Source: Candidatus Kuenenia stuttgartensis
GTDB lineage: Bacteria > Planctomycetota > Brocadiia > Brocadiales > Brocadiaceae
DNA length: 32,000 bases
Assembly (NCBI RefSeq): GCF_900232105.1
Contig: NZ_LT934425.1
Coordinates: 2,160,001 to 2,192,000, forward strand
Reading direction: 5' to 3'
Shown: positions 1 to 9,900 of the stretch, one piece after another
How the letters are laid out: every line of letters begins with the position of its first letter
Position numbering within the stretch: the first letter of the stretch is position 1
Program-made: the position numbers and the translations under genes
Notes under the pieces: model-generated
What the model was told of the DNA's origin: nothing
The model's input: the letters and a program-made list of their open reading frames with translations, nothing else
Databases searched by the model: none

Positions 1-10
1 TACGATTGAA

Positions 11-217
11 ATGGAAAAGGACATTTTTATAGCATCCTTAGATGATATAGAGGCATTTGCTTATGCTGATACAGAATTTGAAGCAATTAATCGGTTGTGT
101 GAAGAAATAATCAATATCTATGAAGATTTACAGGCGGACAGAGACAATTTAGGTAAATTCCCTAAAAAATGGTTAACCTTCTTAGAGGAGGTTATTGTAA
201 AAAGTGAAGAAAAATGA
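11..217 (+). CDS. Small acidic protein, possibly a HicB-like antitoxin partner of the next ORF; start may lie upstream of the window
   Basis: 68-aa acidic ORF that overlaps the next ORF by 14 nt; HicB-like segment DIFIASLDDIEAFAYADTEFEAINRLCEEI. Confidence 0.35.
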   Translation: MEKDIFIASLDDIEAFAYADTEFEAINRLCEEIINIYEDLQADRDNLGKFPKKWLTFLEEVIVKSEEK

Positions 218-473
218 AGTAGAAAGGTTATTCAAAAAACTGGAATTGAAGACGCGGTCTACGGGACATAATTATGGGTGGTTGACTGTAAATGAGAAGA
301 AGATATTAAGAGTTCATTACTCTCATGGGAAAGGGGACATTCCCGATAAAATTGTATCTAAGATTAGAGGGCAGTTAAAACTATCTTTAAAGGATTTCAA
401 AGACTTAATTGATTGTTCATTGAATTACAACAATTACATCAACATTTTAAAACAAAAGGGAATCATTGATTGA
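204..473 (+). CDS. Small basic protein, possible HicA-like toxin
   Basis: 89-aa Lys-rich ORF with GHNYGWLTVNEKKILRVHYSHGKGDIPDKIVSKIRGQL, resembling the HicA small basic fold; overlaps the upstream acidic ORF. Confidence 0.35.
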   Translation: MKKNEVERLFKKLELKTRSTGHNYGWLTVNEKKILRVHYSHGKGDIPDKIVSKIRGQLKLSLKDFKDLIDCSLNYNNYINILKQKGIID

Positions 474-539
474 TAAAATGGGTGAATGAGTATCTAAATT
501 ATATTACAACCGAGTTTAAAATAGAAAGACAGTTGCGAC

Positions 540-762
540 AAGGAGCATTCCCGATTTTTTGTAACCGTTTGTGTGATTGGGGCAAAACAACGCTTCAAGG
601 GATATGGTTTGAACAGGAGCATTTCAGATTTTTGGCTAACTAACTGTACATTGTACCACAAACATCCTGCTTGTGGTATTTTACCCTCAAGCTGGAAACT
701 TGAGTTACTATTCTTCCCCTCCCCCGCTAATGGCATTTTTACAAAAAATCGGGAATGCTCCC
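540..762. mobile_element. MITE-like element, family A, copy 1
   Basis: Left end aGGAGCATTCCCGATTTTTTGTAA and right end TACAAAAAATCGGGAATGCTCCC are inverted; flanked by GTTGCGAC (532-539) and GTTGCAAC (763-770), 7/8 identical. Confidence 0.75.
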
Positions 763-920
763 GTTGCAACATAGCGCAGCAAAGCCGTAACCAAAAAGAG
801 TTTAACCACAAAGGACCTAGCGCGGCCTTTGGCCGCAACCAAAAAGGTGATTTTTAGTTTATTATAAAGTATAGTAGTATCCTCGTAAATAGTAATCAGA
901 CAATTTGGAGGACACTACTT

Positions 921-1800
921 ATGAATAAGTTGATGGAATTATATCGAGACAGGATCGTGGGTGCAATAAGCGGTCTGGACAGGATTCGTTTTCGCGGGAC
1001 ATTGCGGTGGTTGGCCAGTGAGCGTGGGATGGGAACATTCATGAACCAAGCGAGAATTCTGCTTAAGGATTTTTCCGGTTGGGTCAATGGGCTTACGGCA
1101 CAGGTGCGAGACAGTTGTGAATCGCGGGCGAAAGATTTGGGTATCGAGGTGCGGTATTTGATGAGCAGCGGTGTTGATAAGGAGAAGTTGGCTCGCCAGA
1201 TCGCGGCGGATAAGAGGATTACGGAAGGTTCCATCTGCCTGTTGAGTGTGGTAGAGCCTTGTATTGCGCCGATGGTCAAGGGCAACAAGGCCAGCAAGAA
1301 GCTCGAGTTGGTAATGGCGCCCCGCAAGTGTGTCTTTGTGTATCATTATTTTAATGATCCAGTGTTTGGTTTTGGTCATGTTCGTATCCAGAGTTGGGCG
1401 CCGTTTAATATTTTCATTTGTCTCAATGGTCGTCATTGGCTGGAGCGGCAACTTCAGAAGCAAGGTATTGATTATGTTAAGGACGGCAACTGTTTTGTGC
1501 GTATAGAGGATATTGCGGCTGCGCAGGTTCTGCTCCATGAGCAGCTTAAGACTGACTGGGCGAAGCTGCTGAACGGGCTTGCGTTAGGCAGTTGCCCGGC
1601 ATTGTCGCAGATTCTTCGTCCGTTGGAACCGGAGTATTACTGGTCTGCGGATGAGACGGAGTGGGCGACGGACATCATGTTTAAATCGGTTGAGGCATTG
1701 GAGGAGTTGTTTCCATCGTTTGTTCATCATGCGATGCGGGTTTGCGACAGTTCTTCGGTGATGAAGTATTTGGGTAGGCGTAACCTTGCAGGCGCTGCCC
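921..1800 (+). pseudogene. 5' part of an uncharacterised ~518-aa protein gene, interrupted by an IS
   Basis: ORF 921-1805 ends in IS sequence; joining 921..1800 to 3196..3872 gives 1557 nt (519 codons) in frame, reading ...RRNLAGAAP-DEVISDYRRRYEGIRVKHS... Confidence 0.85.
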
Positions 1801-3184
1801 CATAAGCGCTAACTTGTTTTAGGTGCGCTCGAAGTATTTTGATATCTGTGTTTTTCGGATTCTTGTATTTTCTGCTAAAGAACAAGCAATGTCATTCCAG
1901 CACTTAAGAACTTCCTGTAATGATAACGCTGGTTCTATAGCCCGTTTTACTTGATTAAGCATAAAAGCAAATTCACGCCATTTGCTTTTAGTCTTCTTGC
2001 TTGACAATGAAGTATCCCCAGGGGGAAAAAGACGTAGCAAAATCTATTAGTTTTTCTGTCAAAAGAGCAACGAATAGTTTGCCATAAAGCCAAGCTTTTG
2101 AGCTATCATCATCGTATTTAGGTAAGTGTCCAAATTGTGCTATTTGTTTAAATCTTTTAAAGACCAGTTCAATTTGCCATCGAACTCGATACCATTCTAA
2201 GATATCAAAAGCGGTAAATTGATTTTCAGGAAACGTTGTGAATACTATTACGTACTTGGCATAAATAAGGGTCTCCGGTTTTAGTTCAATGCCCTTTTTG
2301 CTTGCATGTCTTTTAAGTTTTTTATGAGCTATTTTAATGGCTTCTTCTGTTTTGTGTATTATACAAAGACGACCTTTGACATATTCAGTATTATCAACGT
2401 TTGGAATAAAAACGTTCCATGATTTTATAGCAAGGGGTCTTTTTAAATATTGGATTTCTTTCAATAAAGGAAAGGGTTTCTTTTCTTCGCCGAATATCCG
2501 TAGAGATTGCGAATTAACTCTAACGCTAAGATAAGCGCCTTTCCTTGTTGCATGATGAATTCCTTGGCCAGTACAGTAACCTCTGTCAGCTATAATATAA
2601 TCATCTTTTTTCATCGGAAACTGCCGAAAAGATTCTCCTGTGCCTTCTCCTTCAGTTCCCGTAAGTTTAAAGAAATCGCAAGATAATGAAGGAACCTCAA
2701 TACTATAATGAATGCGCCAAAGACTTCCTGTTTTCCCAGGTTCCTTTACTGTTGTTGCATCAAATAAGCGAAGATGAAAATTATTCCGTTTATTAATTTG
2801 GAGGCCACGCTCACGGAATAAAGATAAACATAATTTATATAGCCATTCTTTGCTCTTTTTTAATCGCTTTAATAAGGCAACATCGGATAAATCTGCTAAG
2901 TTAGCACGCTTGGCTCGAACTACTGTTTCACGCAATGAATAGCCACATCCTAAATGAATTAATAATGTTCGAAGAAGCTTTTCTTCAGATTTATCCTTGC
3001 GCAAGCCTTTTAAAGCATTTGTATCAACGGCTAAACTTTTCCAATCGTTTGGGAAGAAAGTTCTTAGAAGATCCCAATCTTCTCTCATCATGGCTTTATC
3101 CTCCTATAGAGTGATTAGCGGGATAATTAACATAAAAATACCATGATGAATAAAATTTGTCAATAAAACAAGTTAGCGCTTATG
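1801..3184 (-). mobile_element. IS4-family-like insertion sequence, 1384 bp
   Basis: Perfect 20-bp terminal inverted repeats CATAAGCGCTAACTTGTTTT (1801-1820) / AAAACAAGTTAGCGCTTATG (3165-3184); 11-bp direct repeat AGGCGCTGCCC at 1790-1800 and 3185-3195. Confidence 0.93.
1988..3091 (-). CDS. IS4-family DDE transposase, probably missing its C-terminal end in this frame
   Basis: 367-aa ORF with DDYIIADRGYCTG (DDE context) and YRVRWQIELVFKRFK, matching the Y-(2)-R-(3)-E-(6)-K signature of IS4-type transposases. Confidence 0.88.
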   Translation of the reverse strand: MMREDWDLLRTFFPNDWKSLAVDTNALKGLRKDKSEEKLLRTLLIHLGCGYSLRETVVRAKRANLADLSDVALLKRLKKSKEWLYKLCLSLFRERGLQINKRNNFHLRLFDATTVKEPGKTGSLWRIHYSIEVPSLSCDFFKLTGTEGEGTGESFRQFPMKKDDYIIADRGYCTGQGIHHATRKGAYLSVRVNSQSLRIFGEEKKPFPLLKEIQYLKRPLAIKSWNVFIPNVDNTEYVKGRLCIIHKTEEAIKIAHKKLKRHASKKGIELKPETLIYAKYVIVFTTFPENQFTAFDILEWYRVRWQIELVFKRFKQIAQFGHLPKYDDDSSKAWLYGKLFVALLTEKLIDFATSFSPWGYFIVKQED

Positions 3185-3195
3185 AGGCGCTGCCC

Positions 3196-3872
3196 CTGAT
3201 GAGGTTATCAGCGACTATCGAAGACGCTATGAAGGTATACGGGTCAAGCACAGTGTGAATTATAATTCAGTGAAGATGTATAACAAGAGCGGTAGTCTCT
3301 TGCGTATTGAGACAACGATCAATAATACGCGGGACTTTAAGGTCTTTCGGAGTCCCAATGATGATGAAGGCAAACCGGCGTCATGGCAGAAGATGCGTAA
3401 GGGCGTAAGCGATCTTCATCGACGGTGTGAGGTGAGCCAACAATGCAATGATCGTTATGGGGATGCTTTGGCGGCGGCTCAGGTAGAGGAGAAACTGAAA
3501 GAAGTGGTGAGCAGCGCTTGTAACAAGGTTGTCAAAGAGGGCAAGAGGTATCGAGGTTTGAATCCCTGGCAGCAGGATGATTACCAGATGCTGATGTTCC
3601 TGTCCAAAGGCGAAAACGCGATAAATGGATTCCGCAACCATGATTTGCGTAAGTGGCTTTACCGGGAATCCGAACAATCCGGCAAGGATCAGCAAAAGAA
3701 ATATTCCGGACGAACGACCCGACGGATAAAGATGCTGCGGGCACACGGTCTAATCCGCAAAGTTCCGAGGGCCAACCGCTATGTTTTGACGGAGAAAGGC
3801 CAGAAGTTCTCTTGTTCACTGATGACCGCTTCAGCCCTTGATATTAAAGCACTTACGGAAATGGCGGCATGA
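3196..3872 (+). pseudogene. 3' part of the IS-interrupted uncharacterised gene
   Basis: Frame continues from 3196 (ORF call starts at 3255); see 921..1800. Confidence 0.85.
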
Positions 3873-3933
3873 AAAACACGCATAAAAAACAAGAAATTGA
3901 TGGATAGTAGTACAAAGAAAAACCTACAAAAAA

Positions 3934-4013
3934 TGTCATTGCGAGGAGTGGAGCGACGAAGCAATCTCTTGTTCCCAAAAGACTTAAGATTGCTTCGCTG
4001 TAGCTCGCAATGA
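3934..4013. repeat. Small palindromic dispersed-type repeat
   Basis: TGTCATTGCGAG...CGAAGCAATCT ... AGATTGCTTCG...CTCGCAATGAC, inverted arms. Confidence 0.75.
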
Positions 4014-4095
4014 CGGTATCAATGTAGATATTTTAATGAAACGTTATACTAGTAATAATATATCCCCTGATATGCTGGTTTGATATGTTAAAAAC

Positions 4096-4497
4096 ATGAA
4101 TAAAATAGAACAAATATTCGATGACTATCGCATGATAGCAATTATCATCTATGCTGAATATGAAAAAGAGGGCATTGAATTCTTAACGCCTGATAATTTC
4201 TCACAGCAGCTTGCATATATGAAACGTCCTGCCGGATATACAATTCAGGCGCATATCCATAAACCCGTTCCAAGAAATGTTAAATATACGCAGGAAACCT
4301 TGTTTATAAAAAAGGGCAAGGTTAAGATAAATTTCTACAATGAAGAAAAACAATATCTGGATTGCAGGACATTAAAAGCAGGCGATGTAATCCTGCTTGT
4401 CTCAGGCGGCCATGATTTTTTGATGCTTGAAGATACAGAAATGATTGAGGTTAAACAGGGACCCTACGCTGGTGAAGAGGATAAGGAGAGGTTTTAA
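4096..4497 (+). CDS. Cupin-fold protein of unknown function, possibly surface-sugar associated
   Basis: 133 aa; AHIHKPVPRNVKYTQETLFIKKGKVKINFY ... LKAGDVILLVSGGHDFLMLEDTEMIEVKQGPY typical of a cupin beta-barrel; upstream of an aminotransferase. Confidence 0.65.
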   Translation: MNKIEQIFDDYRMIAIIIYAEYEKEGIEFLTPDNFSQQLAYMKRPAGYTIQAHIHKPVPRNVKYTQETLFIKKGKVKINFYNEEKQYLDCRTLKAGDVILLVSGGHDFLMLEDTEMIEVKQGPYAGEEDKERF

Positions 4498-4526
4498 GAG
4501 ATAAAGATTGAGATTGAGGTTGAGGA

Positions 4527-4637
4527 ATGTATAAAAGTTTCAGGGAAATGCCTATATGGAGTGAGGCAATGGAGATGGCAGAATCAGTTCTCCGGCTAAC
4601 GGAATCTCTTCCAAAGAAAGAGGATTATGGTCTAACT
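4527..4637 (+). pseudogene. 5' part of a four-helix-bundle (23S rRNA-IVP-like) protein gene, disrupted
   Basis: MYKSFREMPIWSEAMEMAESVLRLTESLPKKEDYGLT, followed by MITE insertion. Confidence 0.88.
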
Positions 4638-4778
4638 GGGTGCATTCCCGATTTTTTGTGACTTCCGCCATGTTTTAATAAAACGTACAGTAGTGTTAAC
4701 CCTGACAGGGTTTCAAACCCTGTCAGGGTTGTTTTGCCCCAACTCCATGAACACTTACAAAAAATCGGGAATGCTCCC
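4638..4778. mobile_element. MITE-like element, family A, copy 2, 141 bp
   Basis: GGGTGCATTCCCGATTTTTTGT / ACAAAAAATCGGGAATGCTCCC termini (21/22 inverted match); exact 8-bp duplication GTCTAACT at 4630-4637 and 4779-4786; internal perfect hairpin AACCCTGACAGGGTTT-C-AAACCCTGTCAGGGTT at 4698-4730. Confidence 0.93.
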
Positions 4779-4786
4779 GTCTAACT

Positions 4787-5071
4787 TCTCAAATACGACG
4801 GGCAGCTTTAAGTATCCCCGCAAACATTGCAGAGGCATTTGGTCGGTATCATATAAACGACAAAATTAATTTCTATTATTTTTCCAGAGGTTCAGTAGCA
4901 GAGACGCAAAACCACCTGGGATATGGTTTGATAGTAAGATATTTTCACCAGGCAGATATAAGTATGATTGACCACAAGCTAAACAAATTATATGAATCTA
5001 TTAATCGCCTCATCAAATCCCTAAAATCTCAACCTCAACCTCAACCTCAACCTGGATATACCAAACTATGA
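4787..5071 (+). pseudogene. 3' part of the four-helix-bundle protein gene
   Basis: Excision of element plus one duplication gives GLT-SQIRRAALSIPANIAEAFGRYHINDKINFYYFSRGSVAETQNHLGYG...; 396 nt total, in frame, 131 aa. Confidence 0.88.
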
Positions 5072-6201
5072 TCCCCGTCAACGAACCACTGCTAACCGGC
5101 AATGAAAAGAAATACCTGGCAGAATGCATCGATACCGGCTGGATATCTTCGGAAGGGCCTTTTGTCCGCCAGTTTGAACAGGGTATTGCTGCGCGTGTAT
5201 CCAGAAGGCATGGAATCGCCGTAAGCAACGGCTCTGTTGCGCTGGAGGCGGCGGTTGCAGCCCTCGGCATCGGAGAGGGAGATGAGGTTATTATACCCAC
5301 CTTTACCATAATATCCTGTGCTGCTGCTGTCGTTCGTGCCGGTGCAATGCCAGTTTTGATAGACTCTGACCCCATTACCTGGAATATTGATGCGGAGAAA
5401 CTCAAGATTAAGCTTAAGGATGAGATTGATAGGAAAGGGAACAAGAAAATAAAGGCGATTATGGTGGTTCATATCTACGGCCTTCCCGTGGATATGGAAC
5501 CAATATTAGAACTGGCAGAAAAATACCGTCTCTTGATTATTGAAGATGCGGCAGAGATGCTAGGGCAAACATATAAGGGGCAGCCATGTGGCAGTTATGG
5601 CGATATAAGCACAATGAGTTTTTACCCTAACAAGCATGTAACCACCGGCGAAGGGGGAATGATTTTGACCGATAGTGACGCGTTAGCAGAGAAATGCCGC
5701 TCTTTGAGAAACCTCTGTTTTCTGGCTAAGAAAAGATTTGTTCATGAGGAACTTGGCTGGAATTTTCGAATGACCAATCTTCAGGCAGCCGTTGGAATAG
5801 CACAGATGGAACAACTGGATGTGTTTGTTATAAAAAAACGCAAAATGGGACAAAAATACACCGAACTTCTATCCGACATTAAATCAATTGACCTGCCGGT
5901 ACAAAAAACGGATTATGCAGAAAACATCTATTGGGTTTATGGCATTGTGCTAAAAGACGAAATCCCTTTTGACGCAGAAGAAGCCATGAAACGATTGGGT
6001 GAGAAAGGCATCGGTACCCGTCCGTTTTTCTGGCCGATGCATGAACAGCCGGTATTCAAAAAGATGGGGTTCTTTAAAGGAGAATCTCATCCAGTTGCTG
6101 AAAGGATTTCCCGCCGTGGATTTTATATCCCCAGCGGTCTTGCCTTAACGGATAACCAAATAAATGAAGTTTCCCGGGCGCTACACGAGGTGCTGGCATG
6201 A
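5068..6201 (+). CDS. DegT/DnrJ/EryC1/StrS family PLP aminotransferase (perosamine-synthetase-like)
   Basis: MIPVNEPLLTGNEKKYLAECIDTGWISSEGPFVRQFE; ALEAAVAALGIGEGDEVIIPTFTIIS; MSFYPNKHVTTGEGGMI. Confidence 0.93.
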   Translation: MIPVNEPLLTGNEKKYLAECIDTGWISSEGPFVRQFEQGIAARVSRRHGIAVSNGSVALEAAVAALGIGEGDEVIIPTFTIISCAAAVVRAGAMPVLIDSDPITWNIDAEKLKIKLKDEIDRKGNKKIKAIMVVHIYGLPVDMEPILELAEKYRLLIIEDAAEMLGQTYKGQPCGSYGDISTMSFYPNKHVTTGEGGMILTDSDALAEKCRSLRNLCFLAKKRFVHEELGWNFRMTNLQAAVGIAQMEQLDVFVIKKRKMGQKYTELLSDIKSIDLPVQKTDYAENIYWVYGIVLKDEIPFDAEEAMKRLGEKGIGTRPFFWPMHEQPVFKKMGFFKGESHPVAERISRRGFYIPSGLALTDNQINEVSRALHEVLA

Positions 6202-6980
6202 AGGTTTTTGATAAATACTCCGAGTATTATGATATTCTCTATAACGACAAAGATTATGCTTCCGAGGCGGGTTTTATTGATACTATCATTAAAAAATACC
6301 GGCCAAATGCAAAATCAATCCTGAATCTCGGGTGCGGCACGGGAACCCATGATTTTCTCTTAGCACAAAAAGGATACGATATTACCGGCATAGACTGTTC
6401 CGGATCTAACATCAAAAAAGCGAACTCAAAACTTACAGATATCGATAAATTTAAAAATTGCCTGGAGTTCCATGAAGGTGATGTTCGCATCTACAGAGCA
6501 AATAAAACCTATGACATTGTTATTTCGCTGTTTCATGTAATCAGTTACCAAATTACTAATGCGGACTTGAAATCTGTTTTTGAAACTGTAAAGATACATC
6601 TGAATAATAATGGGCTTTTTATTTTTGATTGTTGGTACGGACCTGCAGTATTGCATGTGCGACCTGAAACGAGAATTAAGCGAGTAGAGAGTAAAGATAC
6701 CAGAATAATCAGGATTGCAGAACCGGAAATATTTCCAAACGAGAATAAGGTGCATGTAAAGTATCACGTATTCGTCATTGACAAAGTTACCAATAATGTT
6801 ACTGAAATCAGGGAAACCCACCCTATGCGGTATTTATTTAAGCCGGAGATAGATGAATTAGTATCTGTTTCAGGATTAAACACTTTAGAATGTGCCGAAT
6901 GGATGACGGACAATCCTTTAGGTTTAAATACATGGAAGGCTTATTTTGTCGCTACAAAGCAAATGGCGGTTGCTAAATGA
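6198..6980 (+). CDS. Class I SAM-dependent methyltransferase
   Basis: SILNLGCGTGTHDFLLAQKGYDITGIDCSGSNIKKA; overlaps both neighbours by 4 nt (ATGA). Confidence 0.9.
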   Translation: MKVFDKYSEYYDILYNDKDYASEAGFIDTIIKKYRPNAKSILNLGCGTGTHDFLLAQKGYDITGIDCSGSNIKKANSKLTDIDKFKNCLEFHEGDVRIYRANKTYDIVISLFHVISYQITNADLKSVFETVKIHLNNNGLFIFDCWYGPAVLHVRPETRIKRVESKDTRIIRIAEPEIFPNENKVHVKYHVFVIDKVTNNVTEIRETHPMRYLFKPEIDELVSVSGLNTLECAEWMTDNPLGLNTWKAYFVATKQMAVAK

Positions 6981-9900
6981 AACCGCGTCAGGAAAAAAAT
7001 AACAAATCCTTGCCACCCATCCTTGTCTATCAAATGGGCAAAGTAGGCTCCACAGCAATTTTGAAGTCATTGCAGAGACTGAATCTTTATAACAGAGTTT
7101 ACCACGCACATTTTTTGTCAAAAAGCGGGATAAAGAGTGTGGAAGATTACTACCGAAGCCTTCCATATATAGAAGTTCCTAACCATATTTACGAATCGAA
7201 ACAGATATGTATCGAGATTGAAAATTCCACACGAGAGCAGAAATGGAAAGTTATTACCCTTGTTAGAGATCCCATAGCCAGGGATATATCTGATCTATTT
7301 CAAAACATAGAGCGCGATTTCCCACAAATTAGAACACTTGATAGTAAAAATGCCCTGATAGAAATTAAAACATATTTATACAACATGATCATTAAATTTG
7401 ACGAATCAACTGATTATGCCTGCAGTTGGTTTGACAAAGAGATCAAGGAAGTATTCGGATTTGACGTCTATTCACATGACTTTAGCAAGACGAATGGTTA
7501 TCAAATATTTCAAACGGAAAAGGCAGATATTCTTGTCATTAAGTTGGAGAAATTATCTGAAATTCACAAGGAAGCTTTTCGGCAGTTTTTAGACATACAT
7601 GATTTTACTATCGTAAAAGAAAATATAGGGTCAGATAAGTGGTATAACGAATACTACAAAGAAGTAGTAAATTCATTGCGTATCCCTGGACAGATAGTTG
7701 ATAAAATATACGATTCCAGGTATTCAAAACATTTTTATACGGAGGGGGAGTTGTCTTCCTTTAAAGAAAAATGGTCCGGCAAGTCTTTTTACAATAAAAA
7801 AGACAAAAAAATATTGATTGTCCACCCGGAAGGAAACTTGCACAACAACCCTAATCTGAGCGGAATTGTGGAAATTCTATGTGAAAACGGTTGCAGTGCA
7901 GATGTTTTTTCTCTGAAGCATGAAACGATTGCTCAGAAGGCTCTGTGCTATGGATCACAGATGTTCCTTTTCGATGGGACACGAGATAGTACCGCTGGAG
8001 TATGCTTATTGGCTTCAAAAGTGTTTTTTTCCCCGCAAGAATTAGCACTACATGTACGAAGTGTTTACAAGGACTATGATCTCGTGGTTGGGGTTGACCG
8101 TGGTATTATTGAAGCTTCAATTATCGCTAGTGCACTGGAAGTTCCTTGTGGGTTGATCTCTTATGAAATATTTTTTGCTGATGAAGCCGGTGTGCAATTC
8201 AAACAGACTGAAATACACGCGTGTCAGAATATTTCTTTTGCTATCTGTCAGGATGAGATTCGCTCCGCTCAATTATCGAAGGAAAACAGGATTCCACTGG
8301 AAAAAATAATTAACATTCCGGTTGCCGGACGTGCCGTAAAACGCGGTGAAAGGTGTTGGTATTTTCACGATAAATTCGGAATAGACCACAGAAAGAAAAT
8401 AGCCCTTTTGGCGGGTAGTATTGATAAATGGACAATGGCGGAAGAACTTATAGAAAGCGTTTCACGCTGGGATCCTGAGTGGGTGCTGGTTTTGCACAAT
8501 CGTTACGGACTTGATGGTGGAGTGCATACCATATACGAACGCTACAAAAACAAACCAAATATTTACTTTTCGTTTGACCCTGTTAAATTAGTGCAAGATA
8601 TGCATATATTATTACATTCCTGCGATTTAGGCATAGCGCTCTACAGAGCAACCAAACAAGGTATTTTTACCGGTAATAATCTAACTTACCTCGGAATGGC
8701 ATCCGGTAAGATAGCTACATATCTTCAGCATGGCTTGCCGTTGCTTATCAATGAGATTGGCGAAATGAGCAGATACGTAGAGTCGTATGGTCTTGGTATA
8801 TCGCTTAAAAGTGGCGATGGTATAAACCCAGGAGCCTTGTGCGAAGCCCCTTTTGCATACAAAGAACGATGCTATGGCTTTTTTGAAAACAAATTAGATT
8901 TGAATAAAACGATTCATCCATTCCTTGATAAGATGAATTCTTTGTTGAGAAAATGGCAAAGTGATAGTTCCTACGGGAAAGCAGGACAGGTGTCATCGGC
9001 TGACGTGTTGAGTATCAGCACGGAAAAATCTTTGGAATTTCTTAATTTACTAGTCAAACAAGAATTGCAAGACGGTAATATACAGAAAGCTAAGGAACTA
9101 TTGTCGAAAATTCTTAATCAGTTACCGGACAATATAAAAGCGCTTAATAATCTTGCAGTTATTGAAATCCTTGAAAAGAATTGGGATGCGGCAACAGAAG
9201 CCTTAAGAAAGGTTTTATATCTTGACCCTTCCAACAAGGTTGCGCTGGAAAATACTAAACAATTGGAAAGACACCTTGTTTTATACAAGGCAGTTTTAGA
9301 AGCAGAAAAATTAGTAGGACAAAAGCAATATGCTGAAGCATATAAGATATTGGAAAAGGTTTTAGAAATTGACAAGAATTCCGTGGATGCCTTGAATGCT
9401 ATTGCTAAAATCAGAATTGCAAGAAACGATTTTGAAGTCGCCGGAAAGGTGTTAACCAAGGTATTACAATTACATCCGGCAAATAAAACTGCTATTGAAA
9501 GCCTCGAATACATAAAGAAACAAGTGAACGTTAAAGATCACGCACCGTTGCCAGCGGGGGCGACTGCACTTGGAACTACTGCCGTTACGACTGAAGCTTG
9601 TTCTGGAATATCCGGAAGAACAGAGGCAGATTTTCAACATCTATTAGAAATGCTTAATCTTCAAGCCAAACAAGCATTGCAAGAGGGTAATGCTAAAAAG
9701 GCAAAAGAACTATTAGCAAAAGTTCTTAACCAGTCACCAAATAATGTAAAAGCACTTAACAATTTTGCAGTAACGGAAATTCTTGAAAAAAATTGGGAAT
9801 CAGCACGAGAAGTTTTACAAAAAATTCTTGAACTTGATCCTTCTAATAATGTTGCACTTGAGAATGTTAAATATTTAGAAAATCAGGTATCTTTACATAA

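Noticed and set aside
494-857. Overlapping ORFs 494..838 and 573..857
   Set aside because: They lie across a repeat element with inverted termini and use low-complexity MITE sequence; no protein family resemblance.
939-1538. 199-aa minus-strand ORF
   Set aside because: Fully antisense to a better-supported coding region; composition looks like a shadow ORF.
3934-4013. CRISPR-like repeats or a CRISPR array anywhere in the window
   Set aside because: Palindromic repeats occur singly or as dispersed pairs; there is no regular repeat-spacer spacing and no cas gene.
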